A stretch of DNA of 64,000 bases from Giardia intestinalis (taxonomy: Eukaryota), in assembly GCA_000002435.2 (NCBI GenBank), contig CM018791.1. One strand, given 5' to 3'. The position numbers and the translations under genes were made by a program. Position 1 is the first letter of the stretch. The number at the start of each line of letters is the position of its first letter. Below are positions 54,251-64,000 of the stretch, in pieces. Below the pieces are notes generated by a model. The model was not told where the DNA came from. It ran no database searches and saw nothing but the letters and a program-made list of their open reading frames with translations.

Positions 54251-56528
54251 CGGAATGTATTTTGGTAATTGGCTTTGTGTTTCTATTGCTTAGTAGGATT
54301 TCTATACTCTTTTACATTCCTGCAACGCTTGCGAAAGCATAATAATCACATATAATAAGCTTAATATATTTTTATTGGTCAAACCGTCCTCAGTACTTAA
54401 TACTAGAAATGTGGACGCATTAATGGATATGTATTGTGAGTAAACGTGCTTATTTTAATGAGTATCATTTTAACCATTGATGATTAGAATCGTTGGCTAC
54501 ACTTATAGAATATGCTATTACATACAAAAGATATGCATAGGGCACTGGCCAATTAATAGTTCTCTTCTACTGCGCTAGTTTGGCGTCTGTTGTGATCTTG
54601 TGTCCTGTCTCGTCATCAATAAACTTTTCTGTTATGGATAGCATCATCGATGGCTGGTCATTCGATAGCTACAGTTGCGACAATCATCGTCAGTTATTCT
54701 TGCTGGCGGAGACAGGCCTCAGGAAGATACTTGTTCGGAGATCCCGTTTGCGTCCACTACGGCGCCTATCCTGAGAAGACAATGCTAACTTGCGTAAGGT
54801 ACTTCCACTGCTCATTCCCGCTGGTCCAGATAAACGCCTTGCATACTTCGGATTGCCCTCTGCTGGCAACAGAGCAGCCACTGCCCTTTGTGTTTCCTTC
54901 AGACACATGCCCATCTATGACGGCGCTTCTTGTCTCTTCTCTGGTGAGGCATAACCGCACCAATCCAGACACCTTGCTCTCAGCACGCATCTCGTATCCA
55001 GCAGAAGCCAGGTGTTCGTCAGCCATATCCCGTGAGCATCAGCACTGTGCCACTATGTTACTTCCTGTCCTTCTTGAGGGGCGTGCTCTAATCATCCCAG
55101 TGTCTCTATGATAGGAGAGCTGTGGATCCGGAGGCTGCTGTGGCTTTCTGGCCCTCTCTGCTGTCCAGGAGAATCCAAACTCGCCCTTCGGGAGTCGGTC
55201 CCCTAACCTTCTGTTCTCTCGGGGAAGTGGTCCTTGGATAGTGCTACCCAGAGGGCTCCCGAAGCCTCACTATATGGGTGCTGCTTCTAAGAACTCCTGG
55301 AGTATCCTTAGAGAGTCTCCCAGTGGCGCAAATCCTACCCATTGTCAGCGGAGGTCTCGGCTCTCAAGGACATCTCAGGGACAGCACGCCGGTGCCACTT
55401 CCTGACGGGGGCCAGGCGGGGGCCGCTCACCCTTGTGGATCCATCATTGGCATCGAGAGCACTAAGCCTGCCATCTTCGCTGGAGGTGTCAGCAGACGGT
55501 ACTCCGCATCCACCTATGGAAGGGCTGAGTCGTGTGCTGTCGTCATAATATTCCATATTAATGCAGATAAATCTCCCGGTGGCACTTGGGGATACCCAGC
55601 ACAGCACGCTAATATGTTGCTTGCTCGAGCTATCGCTCAGATCTGCGATCCCCGTGGTCTGGGCCAGGTGCCTTGAATGGCCTCCAGCCCTAGTAGGAGC
55701 ACAGGTCGGTGCTCCTTGTTCCAAACAAGCATTCCGTCTATTGTGCCCAGCCCTGAAAGACTCGCTCCTTCGCAGGTGCCCGAGCCAAGCGCTGTCTGCC
55801 GCCCAGGAGGCGTGCTGGCATTCAACAGAGAGGCTTGCAGATACCACAGACCTCGTTGGTAAAGCGCCTGGGCCCCTGCCCTGGGCACGAGTAAGAAGCC
55901 CCAGCAGTACTTCGCTGCGGACTATGACACGGCTCCTGTGTGCACCAGGCGATGCACAGCAGCCACGAGTGTGCAGTCCTCTGCGCCTGCCCACCGATGA
56001 CGCAGCTGGGGCCTGTGGGGCAGCAGGGCCGAGACATACATATGGGAGGCGCCAACGGGCATTGGGCTATTGGCCGTCAAATGGTGGGTATGACTTGAGA
56101 GGTGGCTCGCGGCAAGTAGTTTACTCGACCGCAGCAGACAGGATCGCCTTTGGCCTAAAACCGCCATGTGTCGGTAGATGCACCTGTGTCTTCCACCATT
56201 GTTCTGTGTGCTATTATTATATTCTGGCTTCTCTAGATTTAGCAGAGGCATCTAACAAGGAATTCACAACTAGAGGCTGGCCCAACAGCCAGAGAGGCGT
56301 CTATTGGGCTGTACACCCATGCACCGGATTGTCTCGAAGGCGTCGTTCCCTCTCTAATTACGTGCCCTGTCCCCGGTCCGTACCAGCGAAAGTCTTACTG
56401 AGACACCCACTGTCCAGGATACTGACCAGACCACCAGGCAGCGATTGGCCGGAATAAGGGAGAGCCGCTCTCCTTGGCATACTCTACTATGTGCGTGCAA
56501 GAATGGATGGACCATAAAGTGAGGCCAC

Positions 56529-58949
56529 TCAGTTTTTCTTTCGGAAGACGAAAAACCAAACCAGCACACCCGCCACACCGCCGACGACGAGGACCACGCT
56601 GATGGCGATGCCAGAGATGGCACTAGACGAGAGGGCGGACTTTTTGGAGGTGCTGTCGTACTCCAGACATACGGGTGTGGCTGCACCCTCTGGAACCACG
56701 CAGAGGCTGCACTTGGAGATCGCCTTGTGACACGCCTTGCACGTGCTCTCGGAGAAGTAGTACCCGGCCAGGCAGTCAAAGCATACCTCCCCATGGGGGC
56801 AGGTGGCGCAGCCCTTGGAGCACGCCTTGCACGCCCCCTTCTCCAGGTAGAACCCGCTGTTGCAGGCGTTGCAGACCCCACTGCTACACATTGCGCAGTT
56901 CGTCGGGCATGTAAGGAGCGTTCCGTTGTACGTTATCCCGTACCCGGTCACGGTGCTGTCACACCAGCCGTTACTCTCCTTCGTGCAGACAGTCTTCCCG
57001 GGGAGGAGCGTGGAGGTGTAGCACCCCCCGTTGAGGCTGAAGGAGTTTGAGCTGCAAGCAGCACATCTACCGGCAGCGACATTCGCGCACGCGATGCCAG
57101 CCGCCCGCAAGCTGGAGAAGGTGCACGCCCCGTTGTTGGGGTACTCCGTGCTCTTGGCGCAGCGCGAGCAGTAGCTGGTCCCGCCCACCGTGAGCCCGCA
57201 CTCTGCACAGCTGCTGTCCTGCACGCACTGCGGGACGCACGATCCCTTGGCACCGTCGCTGTACTGCAGCCGCTTCCTGGCAGGGCAGGAGGTGCAGTCA
57301 CCGGACGCCGGTCCGCTGCACGTGGCACACTCAGAGCTGCACGGCTTGCATCCTCCCGAGCCCTCGACGTAGAACCCGTCCCTGCAGGTCTTGCACTTGG
57401 ATTCCGACTCGCAGACTGCGCAGTTGCCGAGCGTGCACGCCACGCACCTCGAGACGCCCCCCACGGTGGCCTTGTAGTACCCGGCGGAGCCCAGGCAGTC
57501 CTTCACGCACAGACCGTGGGGGTCGAGGCTGTTGCCACCGGCACACTTTGTGCATACGTTTCTGTCCTCGCACGTGTCGCAGTTGGGGTCCTTGCACTTG
57601 GTCGCCACGCACTGACTGCCGGAGAGTGTGTAGCCATACTTGCACTTCTTACAGCTCGACTCGTCACACTCAGCGCAGTTCTCCACCGCGCACCCGACGC
57701 ACTTCCCGTCCTTCAGATATGACCCGTCATCGCACGCGCAGCTGTGGACCGAGGATGAGGACCCCTTTATGCCCTTCTGCCCCTTGGGACAGCTGGCCAG
57801 GCAGCTCCTCTTATCCAGGCTCAGGTAGAGGTCGCGGCACTCCAGACACTGAAGACTACTGTCCTTCATCTCACACCTTTGGCATCCCTCTATTCCCCCG
57901 TTGGCTGAGTCCCCGCAGCGCCAGCATCCGTTGTTCTTGGTGAACACTTCATTGATTGAACTGTTGCATGCAGTACACACATTGTTTTGCACTGTCTGAC
58001 AAATCTGAGACCCTACTTGACCTGGAGCATAACTAAATAAGTAGCATCCACCATAAAACAAGAAGTATTGCCTGTTGCTATCATTCTTACAAGATGTGCA
58101 TTTTCCCGTTTCAGAATCTTTCGTACAAACATTATCAAATCCGCTAATTGACCCACAGAGGCCATTCTGAGGCACTTCTGATGAATTGGCACATTGTGTG
58201 CACAACGATTGTCCCTGTATATCTATAGTATTTCTTGGTAAACAGATACTGTTGCCAATTACACTATCTGTGGTATAACACCCAAACTGACTCCAGACGT
58301 AACCCCTAGGACAAAAGTAACAATAGCCGAGCTCGAGTCCCTTAACAGACCTACATCGAAAATCAAAAGGGCACATAAATCGTTCTGAGCATTCGCTACA
58401 GCTGGGTATAGTGTTCCCTGGCAACCTATGTTGGTTACAGTACTGACACCTATATACACCACTACTCCCGCCAAAGCCTACTATATCTCCGCAGTAGATA
58501 CAGCGTTCAGGAGAGGTCGCATTAGGGTTGGTAAAAGTTATTGGAGTATAGTACGTACTACCCTTTCCGCACTCTTGACAAATCCCATTTTCTGCACGAT
58601 CGCAAATACTTGCTTTCCATCTGCCAGACAATTCATAGCAGCCACCGTAAAATAAGAAGTAACCATTTTTACATCCTGTGCACCATCCACCTTTCGGCGA
58701 TTTAACACAACCGGCTTTATTAACTTTTTCGTCTGTAGTAGCAACACATGTGCCGTTGATGGGAACATAATCCTGGCTACACTCTGTGCAAAAAAAAGCA
58801 CCTAAGTCCACTAGGCATCTATCCTGAAGACACTGTGAGATCTTGCCTTCACAAGAATACCCAAAGCCATTGTAGTATACAAACGTTTCCTCAGAGAAAG
58901 ACCCTGCCAGAAAACAAGTCAGAATCACGATCAGCGAAGCCAAAGTCAT
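56529..58949 (-). CDS. High-cysteine membrane protein (HCMP; VSP-like Cys-rich ectodomain, not a VSP)
   Basis: Signal peptide MTLASLIVILTCFLAGSFS. It has dozens of CxxC/CxC motifs and GYY/GYF (GGCY-like) repeats. The C-terminal TM plus RKKN tail differs from the VSP CRGKA tail. ATG at 58949. Confidence 0.85.
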   Translation of the reverse strand: MTLASLIVILTCFLAGSFSEETFVYYNGFGYSCEGKISQCLQDRCLVDLGAFFCTECSQDYVPINGTCVATTDEKVNKAGCVKSPKGGWCTGCKNGYFLFYGGCYELSGRWKASICDRAENGICQECGKGSTYYTPITFTNPNATSPERCIYCGDIVGFGGSSGVYRCQYCNQHRLPGNTIPSCSECSERFMCPFDFRCRSVKGLELGYCYFCPRGYVWSQFGCYTTDSVIGNSICLPRNTIDIQGQSLCTQCANSSEVPQNGLCGSISGFDNVCTKDSETGKCTSCKNDSNRQYFLFYGGCYLFSYAPGQVGSQICQTVQNNVCTACNSSINEVFTKNNGCWRCGDSANGGIEGCQRCEMKDSSLQCLECRDLYLSLDKRSCLASCPKGQKGIKGSSSSVHSCACDDGSYLKDGKCVGCAVENCAECDESSCKKCKYGYTLSGSQCVATKCKDPNCDTCEDRNVCTKCAGGNSLDPHGLCVKDCLGSAGYYKATVGGVSRCVACTLGNCAVCESESKCKTCRDGFYVEGSGGCKPCSSECATCSGPASGDCTSCPARKRLQYSDGAKGSCVPQCVQDSSCAECGLTVGGTSYCSRCAKSTEYPNNGACTFSSLRAAGIACANVAAGRCAACSSNSFSLNGGCYTSTLLPGKTVCTKESNGWCDSTVTGYGITYNGTLLTCPTNCAMCSSGVCNACNSGFYLEKGACKACSKGCATCPHGEVCFDCLAGYYFSESTCKACHKAISKCSLCVVPEGAATPVCLEYDSTSKKSALSSSAISGIAISVVLVVGGVAGVLVWFFVFRKKN

Positions 58950-60529
58950 GAAGCTATTATTCTTTATTGGATACCTATGAAAGTTACACGCACTAATCCG
59001 AGTCAGCCACTGAAAGCCTTGGCTTAGAATTACAACTGTCAGAGTAATACCCCTTGTACTTCTTACAGACAGACTACAGCCGGCAGACCCATAGAAGGGC
59101 CCGCTCTACTTATACTAGTCATCGACTCACACGGCGACCTGAGCAGCCTGTAATCTGGCTCTGCAATGAAACAGTTAGGCGATCTGTTTGTCCCCACTCT
59201 CAAGCGGAATTGCCTAATTCAAAATTACTAACATACGCTTCAAAGTTTCGCAGGACTTACAGTACAGAAAACTCATTGAGAACCTATTCCGAGCAAACAC
59301 GTCCGGTACACAACCACCTCGCAAAGGACTCTCTGCTGTCAAGGAGATCCTCTCGAGGTCTATGAGTGGGGTGACTGTAAGCGAGCTTCTTGAAGAATGG
59401 CCGTTTTCAGGCGCCTGTCCATCCCCTTACCCCGATGTTCCGGGAACCAGCATCAGTCATATCTTCGTTGAGCAAGGGCACTGTGGAGGGGACTCTGCAG
59501 GGCCTAACGAGCGTTCGAAGGTGCAGCAGAACAACGACGAGACACGGTATGCCGTCGCATAGGCACTAAGATCTTGCTGACCTGTGCACTGAAGGATGCA
59601 GGCCATCCGAGTCCTTCTCTGTATGCAATCGTAGCCTGCTGCTTTCGTCGGTGTTTGTCATCCACGAGGGCCCTTATTACCCGAAGCCCTAGAGCCCTGA
59701 GGTCGTACTGCGGCAAGCATCTGCTCTACAGGTGCTGACGTACAGGCCACTTTACTTTATTACTGGCAGTCGGAGAATACTTCGACGTGGTTTGTTCAGA
59801 GACGCCAGGAGTACAGCCAAGTACCTTGCCGATAAGCACAACATCCAGCCCCAGAAGAACATCTAGTCCTCCTGACGCACGATGCGGCCATGTTTGTCTT
59901 CTGCTGGTACCGGGCCCAAACGGACAGCCTGCTTACTGAAGAAGAACGTATGCAGTTAGACACCTTTGAAGGCCTGGCCTGCCTTAGCAACCCAATTCAC
60001 TGCAGAGTGCCCTTTGCTGCTCCCCGCCCCCAATGCACGGAGATTTAATCAAGCGTGATGATTCATTGCACCCGCCGGCCACGCCCAGCCCTGCCCGCGG
60101 GCGTCTCACTCAAGTCCCGGCCGTCCTGGTGGGCGCGGGTCTCCGCAACCCTTTTCAACAAAGCTCCCACCTGTCGCGGCGGCGGCTGTCGGCCTCTGGC
60201 TCACCGGCTGGGGCCGCCCCTCCGCGAGGAGCTCTGCGACGTCCCTGTTCCCCGCCTGCGCAGCGAGCAGCAGGGCCCTGCGGCCGTCGGCGCCCTCCCT
60301 CTCGTGCTCTGCGGGGCGGGGATCCGGGCCACCCTGGGGCGGTTCCCGTGGGCGGCGTGCATGAGGCCGTCACCCCCTACTCGTCACGTTTGCTGATGCC
60401 AATCCCTCTTCAAGTAGTGTCCGGACGGTCTCTGTGTTGTTTGTGTGCAGCGCGCATCAGCCTGAGGAAGACTGTGGGTACCGGCCGCTCCATCCTGTCA
60501 CTAAGCTGCATGACCTTGGCCTCTAGCCT

Positions 60530-61684
60530 TCACGTGGCCAGATGCCCTTTACCCTGATCCTCGAGAGTGCCCTTAAGAGAGGCAGTCTCAGCAGACCTGG
60601 CGTCGAGGGCCGCCTCAAGAGTAGTAATCCTGTCCAGCTTGGTCTTGGCATCCTCCTCCAGAAGTGTAATCCTGGCGTTAGCACTGTTCAGAGTAGTCTC
60701 CAAGGCGCCGCACTTGTACCTCAGCATCACGCACTGACCCCCCAGCTCACTAACTGGGATGTCGAATGTAGCGAGCGTCTCGTGCAGCTCCCTGGCCGTC
60801 GGCCTCCTCTCTGGCTCCAGCACGAATATCCTCTCCAGAACATTCTGCATGAAGCCATCAGTGACATCGCTCAGGTCCGGCCTCCACCCATCGACGAAGA
60901 CCTCTGCTGGGACTTTACCTTCTAGGAAGTCCGGTTTCCTTAGAGTAGTAAGCTCGTAGAGGATGACCCCGAGGCTCCACACGTCGGAGGCGGGGCTGGC
61001 CTCGTTGCGAAGGAGCACCTCGGGGGCCACGTATGCCATTATTCCCATGAGAGTGCTCCCACTCCACAGGGCGTCCTTGCAGAGGCCGAAGTCGGCGATG
61101 ATGAAGCGCTCTCCGTCTGCGCTGACGAGGATGCTGGCAGGCCTGAGGTCGCGGTGGACGAGCCCCCTAGTACCTATCCCACTGAGGCCGTAGAGATAGG
61201 CGAGGGCGGCAGCGACCTGCCTCAGGACGGAGAGGATCACAGCGATAGGGATGAGAGTCTTCCTTCGTTTGTGCTCGGTGAGGAGGCGCTCGAGGGTCTT
61301 GTCGTGCCGGTCTATGACGACATAGATGAGACCTTCGTCCTCGACTACTTGGTGGTGCCTGAGGACCCCCGGATGGGAGAGGTCGAGAAGGGCGGTCAGC
61401 TCTAGTCTGATGGCATCTGCACTGTTCTTATCTAAGCCGTCGAGGAGGATCTCCTTCAGGGCAAGGCTCGGATATCCCTTGAGGGAGTAGACTACACCTG
61501 CGACGCTTTCATTAGGCACGCTATCCAGTCGCTCGTGGAGTTCCCTGAGGGCGAAGTGCAGGGGGCTGGACGCGCGACTGCCACCGCCGCCCACGAATTC
61601 CGTTTTTGGACGCCCGGGCGATCGATCGGACGGCCCGCGGAGAGGCCGCTCCTGCCGGCCCTGTGGCAGCGAGCGATGCCGCAC
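60530..61684 (-). CDS. NEK-like protein kinase with C-terminal coiled coil, with no in-frame ATG before the kinase C-lobe (possible pseudogene or non-AUG start)
   Basis: Kinase motifs are present (VGGGGS, LALKEI, HRDLRPASIL, ADFGLCK, YVAPE). The ORF opens with a GTG 19 codons after an upstream in-frame TAA. The first in-frame ATG is at residue approx 215 (STLMGIMAY). Confidence 0.5.
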   Translation of the reverse strand: MRHRSLPQGRQERPLRGPSDRSPGRPKTEFVGGGGSRASSPLHFALRELHERLDSVPNESVAGVVYSLKGYPSLALKEILLDGLDKNSADAIRLELTALLDLSHPGVLRHHQVVEDEGLIYVVIDRHDKTLERLLTEHKRRKTLIPIAVILSVLRQVAAALAYLYGLSGIGTRGLVHRDLRPASILVSADGERFIIADFGLCKDALWSGSTLMGIMAYVAPEVLLRNEASPASDVWSLGVILYELTTLRKPDFLEGKVPAEVFVDGWRPDLSDVTDGFMQNVLERIFVLEPERRPTARELHETLATFDIPVSELGGQCVMLRYKCGALETTLNSANARITLLEEDAKTKLDRITTLEAALDARSAETASLKGTLEDQGKGHLAT

Positions 61685-61805
61685 CTGTCCACCCGTAGGG
61701 CCGAGGTCAGTAAACGGCCGGTGGCTGCCTGCACCAAATATTTACTGGGCTGACAGGACAGCACTGCTTTTAAAACTATAACAAGTTTCAAAATAAGAAA
61801 CCTTG

Positions 61806-62348
61806 ATGAAGGTTGTGATTCAGAGGGTTCACTCTGGTTCTGTCACTATTAATAAGGGCAAAGATACAGAGTATGTTAGCGGAAGCATTGGAAGGGGGTA
61901 CGTAGTTCTAGTTGGAATCAGTCGCGAGGATGTCATTGAAGACATGCACTATATAATAGGAAAGCTCCTAGCCGCAAGACTTTTCCCAGACGAAACTGGA
62001 AAGGAGTGGGCGCGGAACATTATTGAAGTAGAGGGAGAGATTTTGCTTGTTTCTCAGTTTACTCTATATGGATTTCTAAACGGAAACAAACCAGACTTCC
62101 ACGAGGCAATGAAGAGTGAAGAAGCTGGCCCGCTGTTTGACAAGTTTGTTCAGCATGTGAAAGAGAAGTATGTTTCAGATCGCGTGCACACAGGGGTCTT
62201 TGGGGGTGACATGGTCGTATCAATTGAAAACGATGGTCCTACTACGTTAACAATAGATAGCCGTGTGAGTGCATACGCGAAAGATGCCGCTGGGATGGCT
62301 AAAATAGGGGGGAACAAAACGTGGAAGAAATACAACCCCGATAAATAA
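61806..62348 (+). CDS. DTD: D-aminoacyl-tRNA deacylase (D-Tyr-tRNA(Tyr) deacylase, DTD) with C-terminal extension
   Basis: MKVVIQRV...GRGYVVLVGI...LVSQFTLYG...GVFGGDMVVSIENDGPTTL matches the DTD signature motifs SQFTL and NDGP(V/T)T. The track start at 61803 is a TTG and the ATG is at 61806. Confidence 0.85.
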   Translation: MKVVIQRVHSGSVTINKGKDTEYVSGSIGRGYVVLVGISREDVIEDMHYIIGKLLAARLFPDETGKEWARNIIEVEGEILLVSQFTLYGFLNGNKPDFHEAMKSEEAGPLFDKFVQHVKEKYVSDRVHTGVFGGDMVVSIENDGPTTLTIDSRVSAYAKDAAGMAKIGGNKTWKKYNPDK

Positions 62349-62383
62349 TAGAAACTGATCTCGGCGCTACATTGTATTTTCAG

Positions 62384-64000
62384 TTAGTTATTCTGTGTGA
62401 ACTCGTTCTTTGCAACCTCTGATTTGGCATACTCAGCCGCACTTCGGCCCTTTTTATCGCGTAAATCCTGTTCGTATGGGAGCAACAAGCGGATGGCATT
62501 GATGTGTCCCTTGTTTGCTGCGACCATCAATGCAGTGTATCCCAATCCCGAACCATCTTCTTTTATTGCTTTTCTTCCAGACTCGTGAGGAGCAAGAGCT
62601 TTCAAACAATCCAGACTGTTGTGTGCGGCTGCATACATAAGCGCAGTCTTTCCATCATTGCTCTGCATCCCAGCCTCGCTAGGTAGCAAGCATAAAGCGG
62701 CGTCTACCTGATTGTTGGCAGCAGCTATCATTAGGGCTGTGCGACCGGATGTATCGCGCATTTGGCACTCATGAGTACACAGAAGCTTAACTAGTGATAT
62801 GTTCCCCGCGTCTGCTGCAAGCATTAGAGAAGTACGCCCAGTTGCATCTGTCATACGCTTCTGATAGGGGAGGAGAGACCACACCTTGACTATGTCTCCG
62901 TCCGATGCCGCGTTAAGTATTTCAGGTGGCCTATTCTCTCCTTCCATACCCTGATAGGATGTGCCAGTAATACGTACCCCTTCATCATCTGTTAATAGCT
63001 CGGCAAGCTTAAGTTCGCCTAAGCGAAGACACCTGAGCAATGCACTATCTCCATTGGAACAAACATGCCCGGCTTCTAGGCCAATCAGCATATGAATTAT
63101 TTCTTCGTTACGGGTAGGTATTGCCAGCATTAATGCTGTTTCGCCTTTATTGTTTATTTGCCGAGCATAGTGGAGAAGCCCACGCACAGCAGTGATATTT
63201 TCTGCCAAGACTGCGTTCATCAAAGGAGTATTGTTATCGTGATTGAGGTAAAAGTAGTCTGCATTTTCTTGTCTGATGAAACTCTCTGTGATGAGATGGG
63301 AATCAGGAGAATGAGGTCTGCGACCGACAACCGGTAATGATGTGGGTTCAATCGCATCATTTTCTAATTCCTGAGATATAATTTCGCAAAGAAATGGCGC
63401 ATCCTGGACAGATCTATCCGTTACAGAAGGAATCAAATCGAGAAGCGGCTTGAGAGAAGTTTGGAGCACAGTTGAACACTCAGACATCTTAAGAAGGTTT
63501 TTACTGATAAGTAGTTTTGCAAGTTCAGCACTTAAGGAAGAGGCGTCCGGGATTACTGCAGAGTTAAATGCGAGGCTGGCTCTAAAGGATACAGACGGAT
63601 CAGAAACTAACAAATGGAGCATATATTCATAGGCCAATTGCCTATACTCCAGTTTTATCAAAGATGTGCTAAGATCATTGCTTTTGGCTAGCTGTTTCTC
63701 TAATTCTCTATTCTTTTCAAGTTGTCGTTGTAAGTCCTCACCAAGAGTCTTAATTTTCTCCTCTAATTTTGAACAAATTGTATTATCGGTGTTTGACAAT
63801 TGCACTATAAGTGCCTCTCGCTCAGCAAGCTCATCGGATAGCTTATTTATCAGTGAAGTCTTGTCTTTCAGATCGCTTAGCAGAGCTTCGGTTTGATGAG
63901 CAAGTGATGGGTGATCTGAATGCTGAGAGGCGAGCAAGCTATGGGTATCGGAAAACGTTTCAAAGGAAGGAACAATGCCATCGCTAGTTTCTTCTGATCG
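62384..64000 (-). CDS. Ankyrin-repeat protein with N-terminal coiled coil ('protein 21.1'-type), 5' end outside the window
   Basis: It has at least six ANK repeats (GETALMLAI, GRTSLMLAADAGN, GRTALMIAAANN, GKTALMYAAAHN, GYTALMVAANKGH, KGRSAAEYA). The minus-strand frame stays open to base 64000 with no in-frame ATG. The track 'M' at 63937 is a TTG. Confidence 0.8.
   Translation of the reverse strand, partial: RSEETSDGIVPSFETFSDTHSLLASQHSDHPSLAHQTEALLSDLKDKTSLINKLSDELAEREALIVQLSNTDNTICSKLEEKIKTLGEDLQRQLEKNRELEKQLAKSNDLSTSLIKLEYRQLAYEYMLHLLVSDPSVSFRASLAFNSAVIPDASSLSAELAKLLISKNLLKMSECSTVLQTSLKPLLDLIPSVTDRSVQDAPFLCEIISQELENDAIEPTSLPVVGRRPHSPDSHLITESFIRQENADYFYLNHDNNTPLMNAVLAENITAVRGLLHYARQINNKGETALMLAIPTRNEEIIHMLIGLEAGHVCSNGDSALLRCLRLGELKLAELLTDDEGVRITGTSYQGMEGENRPPEILNAASDGDIVKVWSLLPYQKRMTDATGRTSLMLAADAGNISLVKLLCTHECQMRDTSGRTALMIAAANNQVDAALCLLPSEAGMQSNDGKTALMYAAAHNSLDCLKALAPHESGRKAIKEDGSGLGYTALMVAANKGHINAIRLLLPYEQDLRDKKGRSAAEYAKSEVAKNEFTQNN

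Noticed and set aside
55335-56457. Overlapping 219-aa (minus-strand) and 298-aa (plus-strand) ORFs in the GC-rich spacer
   Set aside because: Both translate to Arg/Pro/Ala/Gly-rich junk, which is typical of GC-rich non-coding DNA. They overlap on opposite strands and have no domain or start context. They are treated as non-coding and the region is reported as a finding instead.
55100-56500. GC-rich blocks as fragments of the GC-rich Giardia rDNA unit or telomeric sequence
   Set aside because: No TAGGG telomere repeats and no recognisable conserved SSU/LSU rRNA motifs were seen. This cannot be excluded without BLAST, so it is left as a check under the corresponding finding.
56354-57943. Multiple 100-175-aa ORFs on both strands overlapping the HCMP gene (for example 56354-56881 minus strand, 56727-57050 plus strand, 57548-57943 plus strand)
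   Set aside because: They are alternative-frame and antisense artefacts of the GC-rich, Cys-codon-rich HCMP coding sequence. The single 806-aa frame with signal peptide, CxxC repeats and TM is the real gene.
56529-58949. Possibility that the Cys-rich gene is a variant-specific surface protein (VSP)
   Set aside because: The C-terminus is TM plus RKKN, not the invariant VSP CRGKA tail, and the protein is larger than typical VSPs. It is therefore classed as an HCMP.
60033-60557. 174-aa plus-strand ORF and 72-aa minus-strand ORF in the approx 70% GC island
   Set aside because: The composition is Arg/Pro/Gly-rich with no motifs on either strand, and they are mutually overlapping. They are probably non-coding.
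1-64000. Prokaryotic feature classes (CRISPR arrays, operons, RBS, rho-independent terminators, insertion sequences)
   Set aside because: The sequence is eukaryotic (Giardia-like). There are no direct-repeat/spacer arrays or transposase or RT ORFs, so these classes do not apply.

Overview
This is a dense, intron-less protist chromosomal segment, not prokaryotic. The gene content points to Giardia duodenalis (intestinalis): a tandem array of four alpha-giardin (annexin-like) genes, a high-cysteine membrane protein (HCMP) with CxxC/GGCY-type repeats and a TM-RKKN tail, NEK-like kinases, a 'protein 21.1'-type ankyrin/coiled-coil protein, very short AT-rich sequences before each ATG, and AGTRAAY poly(A) signals at or just after stop codons. 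About 26 protein-coding genes are supportable. They include a striking uninterrupted 20.9-kb ORF (6,975 aa) with no recognisable catalytic motif. They also include three large coiled-coil proteins, a CCDC61/VFL3 basal-body homologue, a TFIIS, an Rpb7-family RNA polymerase subunit, a histone-fold NC2alpha/NF-YC-like protein, a D-aminoacyl-tRNA deacylase, an MFS sugar transporter, and WD40 and LRR proteins. The supplied ORF track labels TTG/GTG/CTG starts as M, so several starts were re-derived to the first in-frame ATG. Three ORF-poor stretches are unusual for this compact genome and are the best places to look for unannotated RNAs or pseudogenes: 19.5-21.2 kb, a 2.3-kb convergent gap at 54.25-56.5 kb, and GC-rich islands flanking the HCMP gene. 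No rRNA, convincing tRNA, CRISPR array or transposon ORF was recognised by eye.
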